Source of the DNA: an uncultured delta proteobacterium
GTDB lineage: Bacteria; Desulfobacterota; RBG-13-43-22
Direction of reading: 5' to 3'
Assembly: GCA_963743305.1 (NCBI GenBank)
Contig: CAVUPH010000032.1
Coordinates: forward strand, 32,001 to 96,000
DNA: 64,000 nt
This document shows positions 52,072-61,259 of the stretch, in pieces. The first letter of the stretch is position 1, and each line of letters begins with the position of its first letter. Both the position numbers and the translations under genes were made by a program. Under the pieces are notes generated by a model that was given only the letters and a program-made list of their open reading frames with translations, was not told the origin of the DNA and searched no databases.

Positions 52072-53277
52072 CTAGATGCTCTTTAACCATTCCCGCTTAT
52101 TCGGGCAGATGGCCGTGTTGATGGTGCAAGTGGCGTTTCCCTGGCAGGTACAGACGTGGTCGCCCCCCCGACTGAAGCGGCTGTAACAGAAATCGCTGAT
52201 CGGCTGCGCTACCCGGCAGTCCATGATCAAATCGGCGATCAGGCGGCCGATGGCCGGGGCCAGGCCAAAACCATGGCCGCTGAACCCCGCACAAAAAACA
52301 AATCCGGGGACTTCGCCGGTAAAACCGAGGATGGGGATACCATCCGACACTTGATCGATCAGCCCGGACCACACGCGAATGACCTGGACGTTTTTCAGGA
52401 TCGGGAAATAATCCAGGACCTGGCGGGAAATGGCCGGGCCGATGAAGTTGAACAGGGGCTTCCCGTCGCGGTAGATAAAATTCTCCGTTCCCACAAATCC
52501 CCCCCAGAAAAACGGTCCGTGAACGGTCTGGCGCCCGTAAAACAGCCCCCGGGCATGACCGATCATCTGCGGGAACAGCGGCGGGTAGGGTTCGGTAATC
52601 AAGGCCTCGGAAAACACCGGTTTCATGGGATAATCCAACCCCACCAGATTGGCGATCTTCCGACCCCCGATCCCGGCGGCATTGACGACCAGGTCCGTGT
52701 CGAAGACCTGTTTATCCGTTATAATTCGGGCGACCTTTCCCTTTTTCAACTTGAGGTCCACCACTTGCTCTTGGGTAAAGAATCGCGCCCCCAATCGCTT
52801 GGCTTTCAGAAAAAATCCGTAGGTCACCCGGAAGGGGTTGGCATGCCCGTCCGTCGGGCAATAACTGGCGCCAATCACTTTTTCCCCCACGTGGGGATTG
52901 ATGTCCAGGACTTGTTGTCGATCGAGCATCTCCAGCTCCAGGCCGGTCGTTCGTTGATTCTCCACTGACTTCCGCATCGTAGCCAGATCTTCCTCGGTGG
53001 TGCAGAGGCGCAGGTTTCCCTGGCGGACATATTCCACATCCATTTCCAGTTCTTCGTGAAGCTGGCCGTAGAGGCGGATGCTTTCCAGGGCCAGGGGCAT
53101 CTCTTTGAGATTACGGGCCGACTGCCGGACTCCGCCGCCATTGCTGCCCGAGGCCTCGCCCCCGATATCTCCCTTTTCGATGACCACGGGTTTGAGTCCC
53201 TCTTTGGCCAGATAGTAGGCCACGGCACATCCCATGACCCCTCCTCCCACAATCACTACATCGGCCGTATTCGCCAT
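52072..53277 (-). CDS. FAD-dependent amine/amino-acid dehydrogenase (DAO/SoxB/PdhB-like)
   Basis: VVIVGGGVMG, ASGSNGGGVR, DGHANP, RVWSG..DGIPILG, GFSGHGFGLAP and a Cys-rich C-terminal tail. Confidence 0.9.
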   Translation of the reverse strand: MANTADVVIVGGGVMGCAVAYYLAKEGLKPVVIEKGDIGGEASGSNGGGVRQSARNLKEMPLALESIRLYGQLHEELEMDVEYVRQGNLRLCTTEEDLATMRKSVENQRTTGLELEMLDRQQVLDINPHVGEKVIGASYCPTDGHANPFRVTYGFFLKAKRLGARFFTQEQVVDLKLKKGKVARIITDKQVFDTDLVVNAAGIGGRKIANLVGLDYPMKPVFSEALITEPYPPLFPQMIGHARGLFYGRQTVHGPFFWGGFVGTENFIYRDGKPLFNFIGPAISRQVLDYFPILKNVQVIRVWSGLIDQVSDGIPILGFTGEVPGFVFCAGFSGHGFGLAPAIGRLIADLIMDCRVAQPISDFCYSRFSRGGDHVCTCQGNATCTINTAICPNKREWLKSI

Positions 53278-53377
53278 AGTCTCTCCTGCCCTTGACACTC
53301 TCAACCCTTACTCATCCCGATCCACCCAGATCGGTCCGTGGCTTCCAAGATCCCTCTCCGATCCCTTTTCCGGTTTC

Positions 53378-54037
53378 TCAGCCGGTGGCAAAAACCGATA
53401 AAGGCAAGGGCCGGACCGGGGCCCGGGCGGTCATCGGCTCCAGTTCCGCCGGCGACCGGCCCAGTTCCTGGGCCAGGATCTGGGTGACCAACCGCTCACA
53501 GGTCTGTCCCTGGCACAACCCCATGCCGGCCCGGGTAATGCGTTTAATCCCGCTGACCGTTTGCATCCCGTTGCGGATGGCCTCCTTGATCTGGCCTCGA
53601 GTGATCTCCTCGCAGCGGCAAATCACCAAGTCGTCGTCAGCCGGGGCGGTCCCCGGGGCCTCCGGTTTCAGGCCCGATGCCCGGCCCTTCAGGGCTTTAA
53701 ACCGCTCGACGACCCGATCGACGATCCGTTCCAATTCTTCATCCTCGGAAACCGGGGGTGGAGCCGCAACGCCCACCCCAGTTCCAGCCTCGGCCGTCTC
53801 GGTTGCCGGACCGGTTTCACCCCGAGACGTTTCTCGGCCGGGTTTCGATTCCGACGTCGTGGGAAAGGCGTCCGGCGGCGTCTCCGCTTCGGGACGGTAA
53901 ACCACCTCGATCCCCTGCTCCTGGATTAGATCCTGGGCCGCGGCCGATATCCGGGCCCCCTCCCTTACGGCTAAGGTTTTATGCCCCTCCCGGACCAGGT
54001 CTTCGATATCTCGAGAAAAAATAAATTCAGGTCCCAT
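53378..54037 (-). CDS. BFD-like [2Fe-2S] domain protein (opine/sarcosine-oxidase-alpha-like) with internal encapsulation-peptide-like helix
   Basis: VICRCEEIT..IKRITRAGMGLCQGQTC..R.PVRP, preceded by a P/E/T-rich linker and EELERIVDRVVERF. Confidence 0.82.
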   Translation of the reverse strand: MGPEFIFSRDIEDLVREGHKTLAVREGARISAAAQDLIQEQGIEVVYRPEAETPPDAFPTTSESKPGRETSRGETGPATETAEAGTGVGVAAPPPVSEDEELERIVDRVVERFKALKGRASGLKPEAPGTAPADDDLVICRCEEITRGQIKEAIRNGMQTVSGIKRITRAGMGLCQGQTCERLVTQILAQELGRSPAELEPMTARAPVRPLPLSVFATG

Positions 54038-54047
54038 GCGGGCGCCC

Positions 54048-54666
54048 TTATTCTTTCCGACCGGTTAGACCGTTTAAGGTTTCCACCACTTTAGCGGCGG
54101 CCGCCAAAATTTCCGATTCGGTCCCGGCCAGATAGAGCCGACCGGCGGCCCCGAAAAAACTCAGGTCCACCAGGCGGACGTTACAGTGTTTTTCCGCTTC
54201 GTTGGCGGCAATCGAGGAATAAGCCGCCGGGGTAACTTCCAGCAGATAGACGTCGTTGCCCCCTAAGATGAGCATGCCCCGACTGTTCCGGTTGATGATG
54301 ACGGCCTGATAGGGATCGATCTTGTTGACAATACTGGTCGCCAGAATCTTCGGGGTCAGCCGGTCTTCTGGCTTCAGACCGATTTCATTAAGGATCATCT
54401 GCCCGGCATGGAGGATCTCTTCTTGATCGAAGGAATGGATTTCCAGCATGCCGTATCTTCTTTCCACGATCATCTCTCCCGGGCGGGCACTGGTCACCTT
54501 GAGGGCTATATCGGTCAACCGGTTGATTTCAATACCCGGCACGACCTCCACAAAGAGGGAAGACATGCCCTCCACCGGAAGAAATCCCCGGCAGCGACAG
54601 GCGAAATAGAGAGGCGAATTGAGGCTGAAGCCGATCAAGATGGCAGTAAGCACGTAGTTCCGGCAT
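54048..54666 (-). CDS. BMC-T shell protein, stacked-trimer type, second paralog (frameshift near 54610)
   Basis: MPELRAYCHLDRLQPQFAS joins RGFLPVEG..VEVVPGIEINRLTD..ANEAEK..FGAAGRLYL. Confidence 0.85.
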
Positions 54667-54678
54667 GGGTGGATCTCC

Positions 54679-55300
54679 TTAGCTGTTAATCCTGTTTTCT
54701 TGAATGAAGTCTTTGGTGATACGACGGAAGGTCTCGGACAACTCCTGGGTCTGGCAAAAGACTACCCCCAAGCCCTCCAATTTTTTTAACAAGCGTTCCA
54801 TTTCCGTTTTGAGGGCCTCGTTGGCCAGGACCTCGCAGACCATAAATCCGTCCCTGGCGGCGAGAACCCGCTTGCCTTGCAGCAGGGCCGAAAAAACCAG
54901 GTCGGGAGTCCGGATCATCGGCCATCAGATGAGCCACTTTGGAGGCCACCATCAGGCATAAAGTGGGTAGCACGAGCACATCGGCGCGGGCCAATACCTT
55001 CTCCAGCCCCTCGGGTTTGACCGTATCCAGGATGCACGGCGCCCCTCCCTGCTCACGGACATCGGCCCCACAGACCCGAGAACGCACTGCGGGAACCGTA
55101 TACACCCCGGACCAGCCGGCCTGGGCTTCCAAGAGCGGCAATTGTTTCAGCGCCTCTTCCAGCCGCCGAATCCCGGCTTGGAAAACAATCAGCGCCCGGG
55201 GTCCCGGAGGGGCCGAAGAACGGACCCGCGGCCTCCCTTGTTCGCCCGATTCCAGCAGGACTTCCGCCACCAGTTTCCGAATCTCTTCTTTCGAGATCAT
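54679..55300 (-). CDS. BMC-associated flavoprotein-like protein with N-terminal encapsulation peptide (frameshift near 54910)
   Basis: EP-like MISKEEIRKLVAEVL, DVLVLPTL....SKVA, ALLQGKRVLAA.DG, L..LE.LGV. Confidence 0.7.
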
Positions 55301-55322
55301 GGTGTGAAAAACGTCTCCCTCA

Positions 55323-56171
55323 TCACGAGGCCTGTGCCCAGGCAACGGATTGGCCTTTCTCTCCTAGACAGGAAAGGGCGATCCCGTAGGGCGTTACGAC
55401 CTGGGGGACTTGAGGTTTAAAGACCTCCAGACCGAGATTCTGGGCGACCAATTCCGTTAAGCCACCCAACTCGCAGGTTCCCCCCACCAAACAAACCCTG
55501 GGGATGCCCTCGAACCCTTCCAAGGCTTTTCGAATAATGGCCGAAACCTTTTCAATCACCGGACGAACAACGGGGAGGATCTCCGGATGACGGGAAGGGT
55601 CGATTTTGATCCTTTCGGCTTCCTCAAAGCTGATCCGCAGGTGACCGGACAGGACCAGGGAAAGATGAACCCCTCCGGTGGCTTCATCACTGGTCCGGAT
55701 AATCCGGCCGTCTCGAATCAGGGCTATCCCCGTGGTTCCCCCGCCGATATCCACCAGGGCCCCATCTTGGAGGTTGAGAAAACGGTTGGCCGCCGTGGGT
55801 TCGTCCAGGACCCGGACAACTTCCAACCCGGCTCCCTGCAGGATATAGCGGGTGGTATGCACATTGCCGGATTCCGTCTGCGGGGGAAAGGAGGTAGCCC
55901 CCTGATCGATGGGCAGCGAAGAGCGGCTTCGGATTTCTTCCATTATCGCCTTCAACAGGGTGAGGGTCCCGAAGTAATCAATAATCAGACCGCTGCCTAT
56001 TCCTTCGGAGCGCCGCATAGCCGCCGCCCTGGGCCGTCCCTGTTCATCCACTACAATCACCTTACTCTTGTAGGTTCCCAGGTCCACCCCGGCAAACAAT
56101 TCCCGGGCCCCGGAGAAATCCCAAGTTTCCGGCCGATTCATGATCCGACGAATGGTCTTGAGGGCTGTCAT
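55323..56171 (-). CDS. eutJ: EutJ-like Hsp70/actin-fold BMC protein
   Basis: GVDLGT, G.IIDY.G, VLDEPTAA, VDIGGGTTG, DEATGG.H, EEAE..K, LVGGT, TP.GIA. Confidence 0.9.
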   Translation of the reverse strand: MTALKTIRRIMNRPETWDFSGARELFAGVDLGTYKSKVIVVDEQGRPRAAAMRRSEGIGSGLIIDYFGTLTLLKAIMEEIRSRSSLPIDQGATSFPPQTESGNVHTTRYILQGAGLEVVRVLDEPTAANRFLNLQDGALVDIGGGTTGIALIRDGRIIRTSDEATGGVHLSLVLSGHLRISFEEAERIKIDPSRHPEILPVVRPVIEKVSAIIRKALEGFEGIPRVCLVGGTCELGGLTELVAQNLGLEVFKPQVPQVVTPYGIALSCLGEKGQSVAWAQAS

Positions 56172-56723
56172 CAGATTAAATTGGGATAAAGCTCCCGACT
56201 CAGGGAAGGGATCACCACATGGCTTTGAATCAACCCTTCATCGGTCAGGGCCGCTAAACCGGCGTCTACCGCCGCCTGGACGGAACCGACATCTCCGGTT
56301 AAGGAAACATAGGATTTTCCGGCCAGACCCGTGGCACAGCGGATCTCGATAATCTCCACCGCCGCCGCCTTAACTGCCGCATCGGCCGCCAGGATGCAGG
56401 AGGACGCCGAATAGGTTTCAATGATCCCCAGGGCGCCAATGTTCAGGATCTGGGTGGCGCAACTGAGGGCCGGAAAAATACTCGGGTGGACATTGGGGAT
56501 CGTAAAGGAGTCGACCAGAAACTCCCCGGCGATTTCCCGGCCCACGTCCACCGCAGTTCTGCACCGAACCGACGTCGCCGGCGATCAGGGCCAAATAGCG
56601 CCCGGGGCAGACCGGCCGGGCCATGATCAGCTCGACGCTGGCCGCTTTGATCATCTCATCGGCGCAGTGGACCCCTTTGGCCACGCTGTTCAGTTCGATC
56701 AGCCCAATCGCTTTGTATGCCAT
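56171..56723 (-). CDS. PduT-like BMC-T shell protein (frameshift near 56557)
   Basis: AIGLIELNSVAKG..ADEMIKAA..VCPGRY..GDVGSV, with second domain ALGIIETYS..AADAAVKAA..GDVGSV..VIPS. Confidence 0.88.
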
Positions 56724-56727
56724 GACC

Positions 56728-58077
56728 CTACCTCTTCTCCCGTTGGATAACGACCTGCCCGTCCACCGAAACCACCCGACCGGCCAGACTGGCATGGATC
56801 CGGGCACCCAGGGCCTTCTCCGGTATCTCTCCCAGCAGATCCCCCTGGTTGACCCGATCACCGGCTTGGACGACGGGCCGGGCCGGCGCCCCTAAATGCT
56901 GTTTCAAGGGGATGGCCACCCGATCCGCCCGGATTTCCCGGGAATCGAAACGGGGATGACGGTCGTATTTCTTGATTTGAAGACGTTCCATCAGCCGCTG
57001 CGTCGGGATCCTTCTCCCCTCGCGAAAGGCCGAGGGCCGGTAGTCCTCCCGAACGGTAGGCCGCTTCACCCCTTGGGCCAGCAGTTCCCGTTTGATCTGG
57101 GCGTTGACCTCCCGCGGGGAGATCATCATGGGGCAGGCGTATTTTTCGCAGACCCCGCATTCCGAACAGATCAGGGCGTCTTTTTGGATCTCTTGAGCCG
57201 CCGGGGAGGTGGACCCCAGTTGCCGCATGATTTTATGGGGGTTCAGGGAATGTCCCAGCAAATAGCGAGGGCACATGTCGGTGCAGCGGGAGCATTGGCA
57301 GCAGGCCAAACGGGTAATATTCCGTAGACGGGCCGGATCCTTGATCTTATCCACGACCACCGGATGATCCGGAGCCAGGACTAAAAGGCCGCTGGTGGTC
57401 TTGCCGACCGGCGTCGCCAGATCCGAGACCACCTGGCCCATCATGGGCCCTCCCAGAACGACCCGAAATTCCCCGAGCACGGGCCCCCCCCGCCAACCCG
57501 ATCACCTCTCCGACCGACAGGCCGATGGGGACCTTCAGGATCAGAGGTTCCGCCACCTCTCCCCCGACGGTTAGATACCTTTCGAGTAACCGGGCGGCCT
57601 TCCTCCACGGCTTGGTCGATATTCAGGAGGGTTTCCACGTTGCTGACCACGGCCCCCACCTGCAGGGGCAGACCCCCCTTCCGGGACCACCCGCCCCATG
57701 ACCTCGTACACCAGGACCTGCTCATCCCCGGCCGGGTAGAAATCCGCCAGTTCAAAAAGATCGATCTTTTTGTAAGGCCCCCGCCCGACCTTATCCCGCA
57801 GGACGGCCAGGGCCTTTTGATGTTTTCCCTTTAGACACAGGGTTCCTTGAGGGGCCCCGGTGCATTCCATGACCCGCAGGAGACCCCGGAGGATCCGATC
57901 GGCTTCCTGCTCCAGCAGATAGGGATCACTCATCAGCAGCGGTTCGCAGGAAGCCCCGTTGGCCAGGACCCGCTCCACCCTGGCCTTCAATTTGACGTGG
58001 GTCGGGAAGCCGGCCCCCCCGGCCCCGACCACCCCGGCTTCCTGCACCCGGCTGATGATCTCCTGGCTCGTCATCAC
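56728..58077 (-). CDS. PduS/RnfC-like flavo-Fe-S protein (several frameshifts in 57480-57680)
   Basis: AGVVGAGGAGFPTHVK, NGASCEPLL, YPAGDEQ, GGPMMG, CCQCSRCTDMCP, CSECGVCEKYACP, LKQHLGAP. Confidence 0.88.
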
Positions 58078-58087
58078 GCTGCTTTTC

Positions 58088-58363
58088 CTAAGTTCCGCTC
58101 AGATCCAAGCTGTCCACAATCCCCACCACCACCGCGTCCACGGGGATTAATTTCTCCTGGTCGAAGGCCTGCATGGCCGGACTGCCCTGGGTGATGATGA
58201 CCAGTTCTCCCACCCCCGCTCCGATTTCATCGGCCGCCACCAGGACGTCGCCGGCCGGGGTCAATTTCTTGCCCAACGGCTGGACAAAGAGCAGCCGCAA
58301 CGCGTGGATCTTTTCATTTTTTTTGGTCGACCAGACGTTCCCCATCACCTTGGCAATTTTCAT
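58088..58363 (-). CDS. BMC-P pentamer (EutN/CcmL family)
   Basis: M.IAKV.GNVWST.K, VAADEIGAGVGELV, GS.A, PVDA.VVGIVD. Confidence 0.95.
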   Translation of the reverse strand: MKIAKVMGNVWSTKKNEKIHALRLLFVQPLGKKLTPAGDVLVAADEIGAGVGELVIITQGSPAMQAFDQEKLIPVDAVVVGIVDSLDLSGT

Positions 58364-58449
58364 GGTATCTTTCCCGAGACCCGCTTAGGCCGGTCTAGCC
58401 GTTAGATTCTCTCTTAGGTGTCCGTGATGCCGAAGCCAGGCCCCACCGA

Positions 58450-58755
58450 TCATCCCAGTCCTTCCCGGGCCTGAATGGCCTCCAGGCTGGTTTTGACCGC
58501 CGCAATATCCCCGAAGATCCCGATCATGGTCAAGTGCTGGGGACAGCTTCCTTTGAGGTCAAAGACATGAACGGCAGCGGCCTTTTCGGCAATGTCCGCG
58601 GCCGCCACCATATCCACCAACCGCCCTTGAACCAATCCCACGGCGCTGAAGTTGATGATCTCCAGCGTCTTCTTGCCGGTGGAACCCATCCGGGTCATTA
58701 AGATATCGATGACCCCCGGTCCGGGGTGGGTAATGAACTGAATATTCAGCGCCAT
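58450..58755 (-). CDS. GrpU-like BMC-H shell protein (Fe-S pore motif)
   Basis: AVGLVQG..AADIAEKAA..GSCPQH...IFGD.AAV matches the GxCPQ motif. Confidence 0.8.
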   Translation of the reverse strand: MALNIQFITHPGPGVIDILMTRMGSTGKKTLEIINFSAVGLVQGRLVDMVAAADIAEKAAAVHVFDLKGSCPQHLTMIGIFGDIAAVKTSLEAIQAREGLG

Positions 58756-58890
58756 CCTCTTTTCCTTATGGGTCCAGCCGGGCTGGTCCCCTTACCAAAA
58801 CGAATCCGGCCTCTCCGCCCGCGGGGATCGATTTTTTGTTCTGGCCGGGGGACTGGTCCCGACCCCGCGGTCAACCGGACCCGGAACGAT

Positions 58891-59172
58891 TTATTTTTCG
58901 GCCTTGGGGAGAATGAACTCGATATCCCCGTGGGGTCTGGGGATAACGTGGACCGACAGGAGCTCGCCCACCCTTTTGGCCGCCGCCCCGCCGGCATCGG
59001 TAGCGGCTTTGACCGCGCCCACATCCCCCCGGACAAAAATCGTCACCAAACCGCCGCCGGCATGCTCTTTTCCCACCATCTTGACGTTGGCCGCTTTCAC
59101 CATGGCATCGGCCGCCTCAATGGCACCGACCAATCCCCGGGTTTCCACCATACCTAATGCTTGTTCACCCAT
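58891..59172 (-). CDS. BMC-H hexamer (EutM/PduA-like)
   Basis: [46 protein letters not shown]. Confidence 0.97.
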   Translation of the reverse strand: MGEQALGMVETRGLVGAIEAADAMVKAANVKMVGKEHAGGGLVTIFVRGDVGAVKAATDAGGAAAKRVGELLSVHVIPRPHGDIEFILPKAEK

Positions 59173-59197
59173 GTTTTTTTCCTCCTACAGTTTGTTT

Positions 59198-59701
59198 TTA
59201 TCGTTTCAATCGAATCGCCCTGGCCTTCATGGACCAGGCACGAGGTACTTCAATGGTTACCACGGCGGTTTGATCCATCCGCTCCGTCTTACGGACCGCG
59301 GTGGCCGGAGCCTCTCCTAAAACGGCCCCGGACCGATCCAAAACCACCACCAGCTCCCCCTTTTCCGGGAGCGGCAGAAACTCATGGGGCAGGGTCACCG
59401 CCGCCTTATCATCCGGCAGGCTTTCATCGACGATGAAAATGGCCTGACCCGGACAAATGGGCACGCAGGACTGACAGCCAATGCATTTATCTTCATCCAG
59501 GTGCGGGAGGTTGGTAATATCCCTCCCCACCGAGATGGCTTCGACCCGGCAACTGGCCTCGCAGGGGTTGCAGGGAATATGTTCGGTGCACTCGATCACG
59601 GCCACCGGCCCCCGCCGCCGCCGGGCTTCGGTAGGGATACCGGGACTGTCCCTTAATTCTTCTTCCGATAGAAAGCCTGTTTGCGATAATCCTGGGGCCA
59701 T
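59198..59701 (-). CDS. 4Fe-4S dicluster ferredoxin-like subunit
   Basis: C...IPCNPCEASC and CIGCQSCVPICPG, with C-terminal LPHEFLPLP domain. Confidence 0.85.
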   Translation of the reverse strand: MAPGLSQTGFLSEEELRDSPGIPTEARRRRGPVAVIECTEHIPCNPCEASCRVEAISVGRDITNLPHLDEDKCIGCQSCVPICPGQAIFIVDESLPDDKAAVTLPHEFLPLPEKGELVVVLDRSGAVLGEAPATAVRKTERMDQTAVVTIEVPRAWSMKARAIRLKR

Positions 59702-59706
59702 CCGTT

Positions 59707-60795
59707 TTACCTTTCCATCAGGGCGTAAAGTTGTTCCTTGTTCTGCCGGCGAGCTTCGCCATAGGGTCCGCTGCGCAAACCGGACATGCTTTCCAACTGC
59801 TCCGCCCGCTGGTGTTCAAAGGCGTCGGTATCCAAGTATCCCAGGCTGTGGGCCGCGGCCAATCCGGCAATGCGCCCCTCAATAATCGCCGTGCTGGCTT
59901 CCTCAATTCCGGAGACATCCCCCGCCACGTAAATCCCCGGAAGGGAAGTTTGCTGGTCGAGATCATGGATCGGCACATTCCCTCCCAAAGCGGAAAGCGA
60001 GGCCATTTTACAGCCGGCCATCCGCAAAAGCTGGGTCATCGGGTTGAGGCCCACGGCAATGCAGATGGTATCCACTTCCAGTTCCTTTTCCGTTCCGGCA
60101 ACGGGTTGCCACTTGGAATCGACCTCAACGATCGTAGCCCCGATCACTCGGTCACTCCCCCGGGCCTCCTTGATGGTATGGGACAGGAAAAAAGGGACCC
60201 CGTAGCGGGCCACCTTGGCCGCGTGGACCCCATACCCGGAAATCCGAGGGGCGGCGTCGATGACTGCGGCTATCTGGCATCCGGCTTGAAGCAGTTGAAA
60301 ACTGACCACGACCCCCACATTGCCGGAACCCACCATGAGAATGTTGTTCCCCGGCCGAACGCCATGAAGGTTGGCCATGGTCTGGGCCGCGCCGGCTCCG
60401 ATTACCCCGGGAAGGGTCCACCCAGGGAAAGGGATCATATTTTCCGAAGCGCCGGTGGCCACCAGAACCCGCTCCGCCTTGACCTCTTCAATCCGGTCCT
60501 GAATCATGACATTCATGGTCCGGTTCTCATAAATCCCCAGGACCACTGCCTTCAGAAGGACTTCCACGCCAAGTTGGCGGGCCTCGTCCAACAGGCTTTG
60601 GCCGATATGAAATCCCCGTTCCTGGGCGCGGTGTTCTTTGGAACCGAAAAACTTATGGATCTGTTTAAAGAGCTGGCCGCCCGGCCGTTCGTTTTCATCA
60701 AAAACCACCACTTCGACCCCGCAGCGGGCCGCCTCGATCGCGGCGGAAAGGCCGGCCGGTCCCGCCCCAATACAAACCAGTTCGCATCGTCTCAT
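59707..60795 (-). CDS. FAD/NAD(P)-dependent oxidoreductase subunit (sarcosine oxidase alpha / HcnB / PdhA-like)
   Basis: IGAGPAGLSAA, PGGQLFKQIHKFFG, ATGASE..FPGWTLPGV, VGSGNVG, YVAGD. ATG 60795 overlaps the upstream TGA. Confidence 0.9.
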   Translation of the reverse strand: MRRCELVCIGAGPAGLSAAIEAARCGVEVVVFDENERPGGQLFKQIHKFFGSKEHRAQERGFHIGQSLLDEARQLGVEVLLKAVVLGIYENRTMNVMIQDRIEEVKAERVLVATGASENMIPFPGWTLPGVIGAGAAQTMANLHGVRPGNNILMVGSGNVGVVVSFQLLQAGCQIAAVIDAAPRISGYGVHAAKVARYGVPFFLSHTIKEARGSDRVIGATIVEVDSKWQPVAGTEKELEVDTICIAVGLNPMTQLLRMAGCKMASLSALGGNVPIHDLDQQTSLPGIYVAGDVSGIEEASTAIIEGRIAGLAAAHSLGYLDTDAFEHQRAEQLESMSGLRSGPYGEARRQNKEQLYALMER

Positions 60796-61115
60796 TTTTT
60801 CCCCGCCGGCGGCTCCGGTCCATGGCCGTGCTGCGTTTGGATTGACATACCCGCTTGAAGCGGTTCCACACAGGTCCGCACGTTGGGCCTTCCATCCACG
60901 ACCATGATGCAGTCGGTGCATCGGCCAATGGCACAAAACATCCCCCGGGGTTCTTTTCGTTTCGCCGTGTAACGGTGGATGATAACCCCGTTGCTCCGGA
61001 GGGCCATGGCGATGGGTTCCCCCGCGAAACCCTCCATCGGTTGTTGATCAAAGGTAAACCGGACCTTTTCACCCTTTTCAAAAGTCCCCAGAATGGGATG
61101 GTCCTCGATGCGCAT
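60792..61115 (-). CDS. (2Fe-2S)-binding subunit (HcnA/PdhF-like)
   Basis: HPIL, GEPIAMAL, PRGMFCAIGRCTDCIMVVDG.PNVRTC. Confidence 0.9.
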   Translation of the reverse strand: MRIEDHPILGTFEKGEKVRFTFDQQPMEGFAGEPIAMALRSNGVIIHRYTAKRKEPRGMFCAIGRCTDCIMVVDGRPNVRTCVEPLQAGMSIQTQHGHGPEPPAGKK

Positions 61116-61148
61116 AGGTTTAAACCCGATTAGATGAAAATAATTTTA

Positions 61149-61228
61149 CGGGAATACTGGTATGGAGTAATGGAATATTGATTTTTTTCAGACCAGCGTT
61201 CCATTACTCTAATACTCCATATACTCCG
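61149..61228. repeat. Imperfect inverted 8-mer-based repeat (TGGAGTAA / TTACTCCA-like)
   Basis: GGAATACTGGTATGGAGTAATGGAATATTG faces GTTCCATTACTCTAATACTCCATATACTCC. Confidence 0.65.
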
Positions 61229-61259
61229 TTTCCTTTCAGTCCTCTTGCTGCCGGGGTCC

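Noticed and set aside
47404-59172. Calling the BMC locus a standard Eut or Pdu operon
   Set aside because: EutJ and PduS/T-like genes are present, but eutBC, pduCDE and glycyl-radical genes are absent from the visible locus and the AldDH motifs are atypical.
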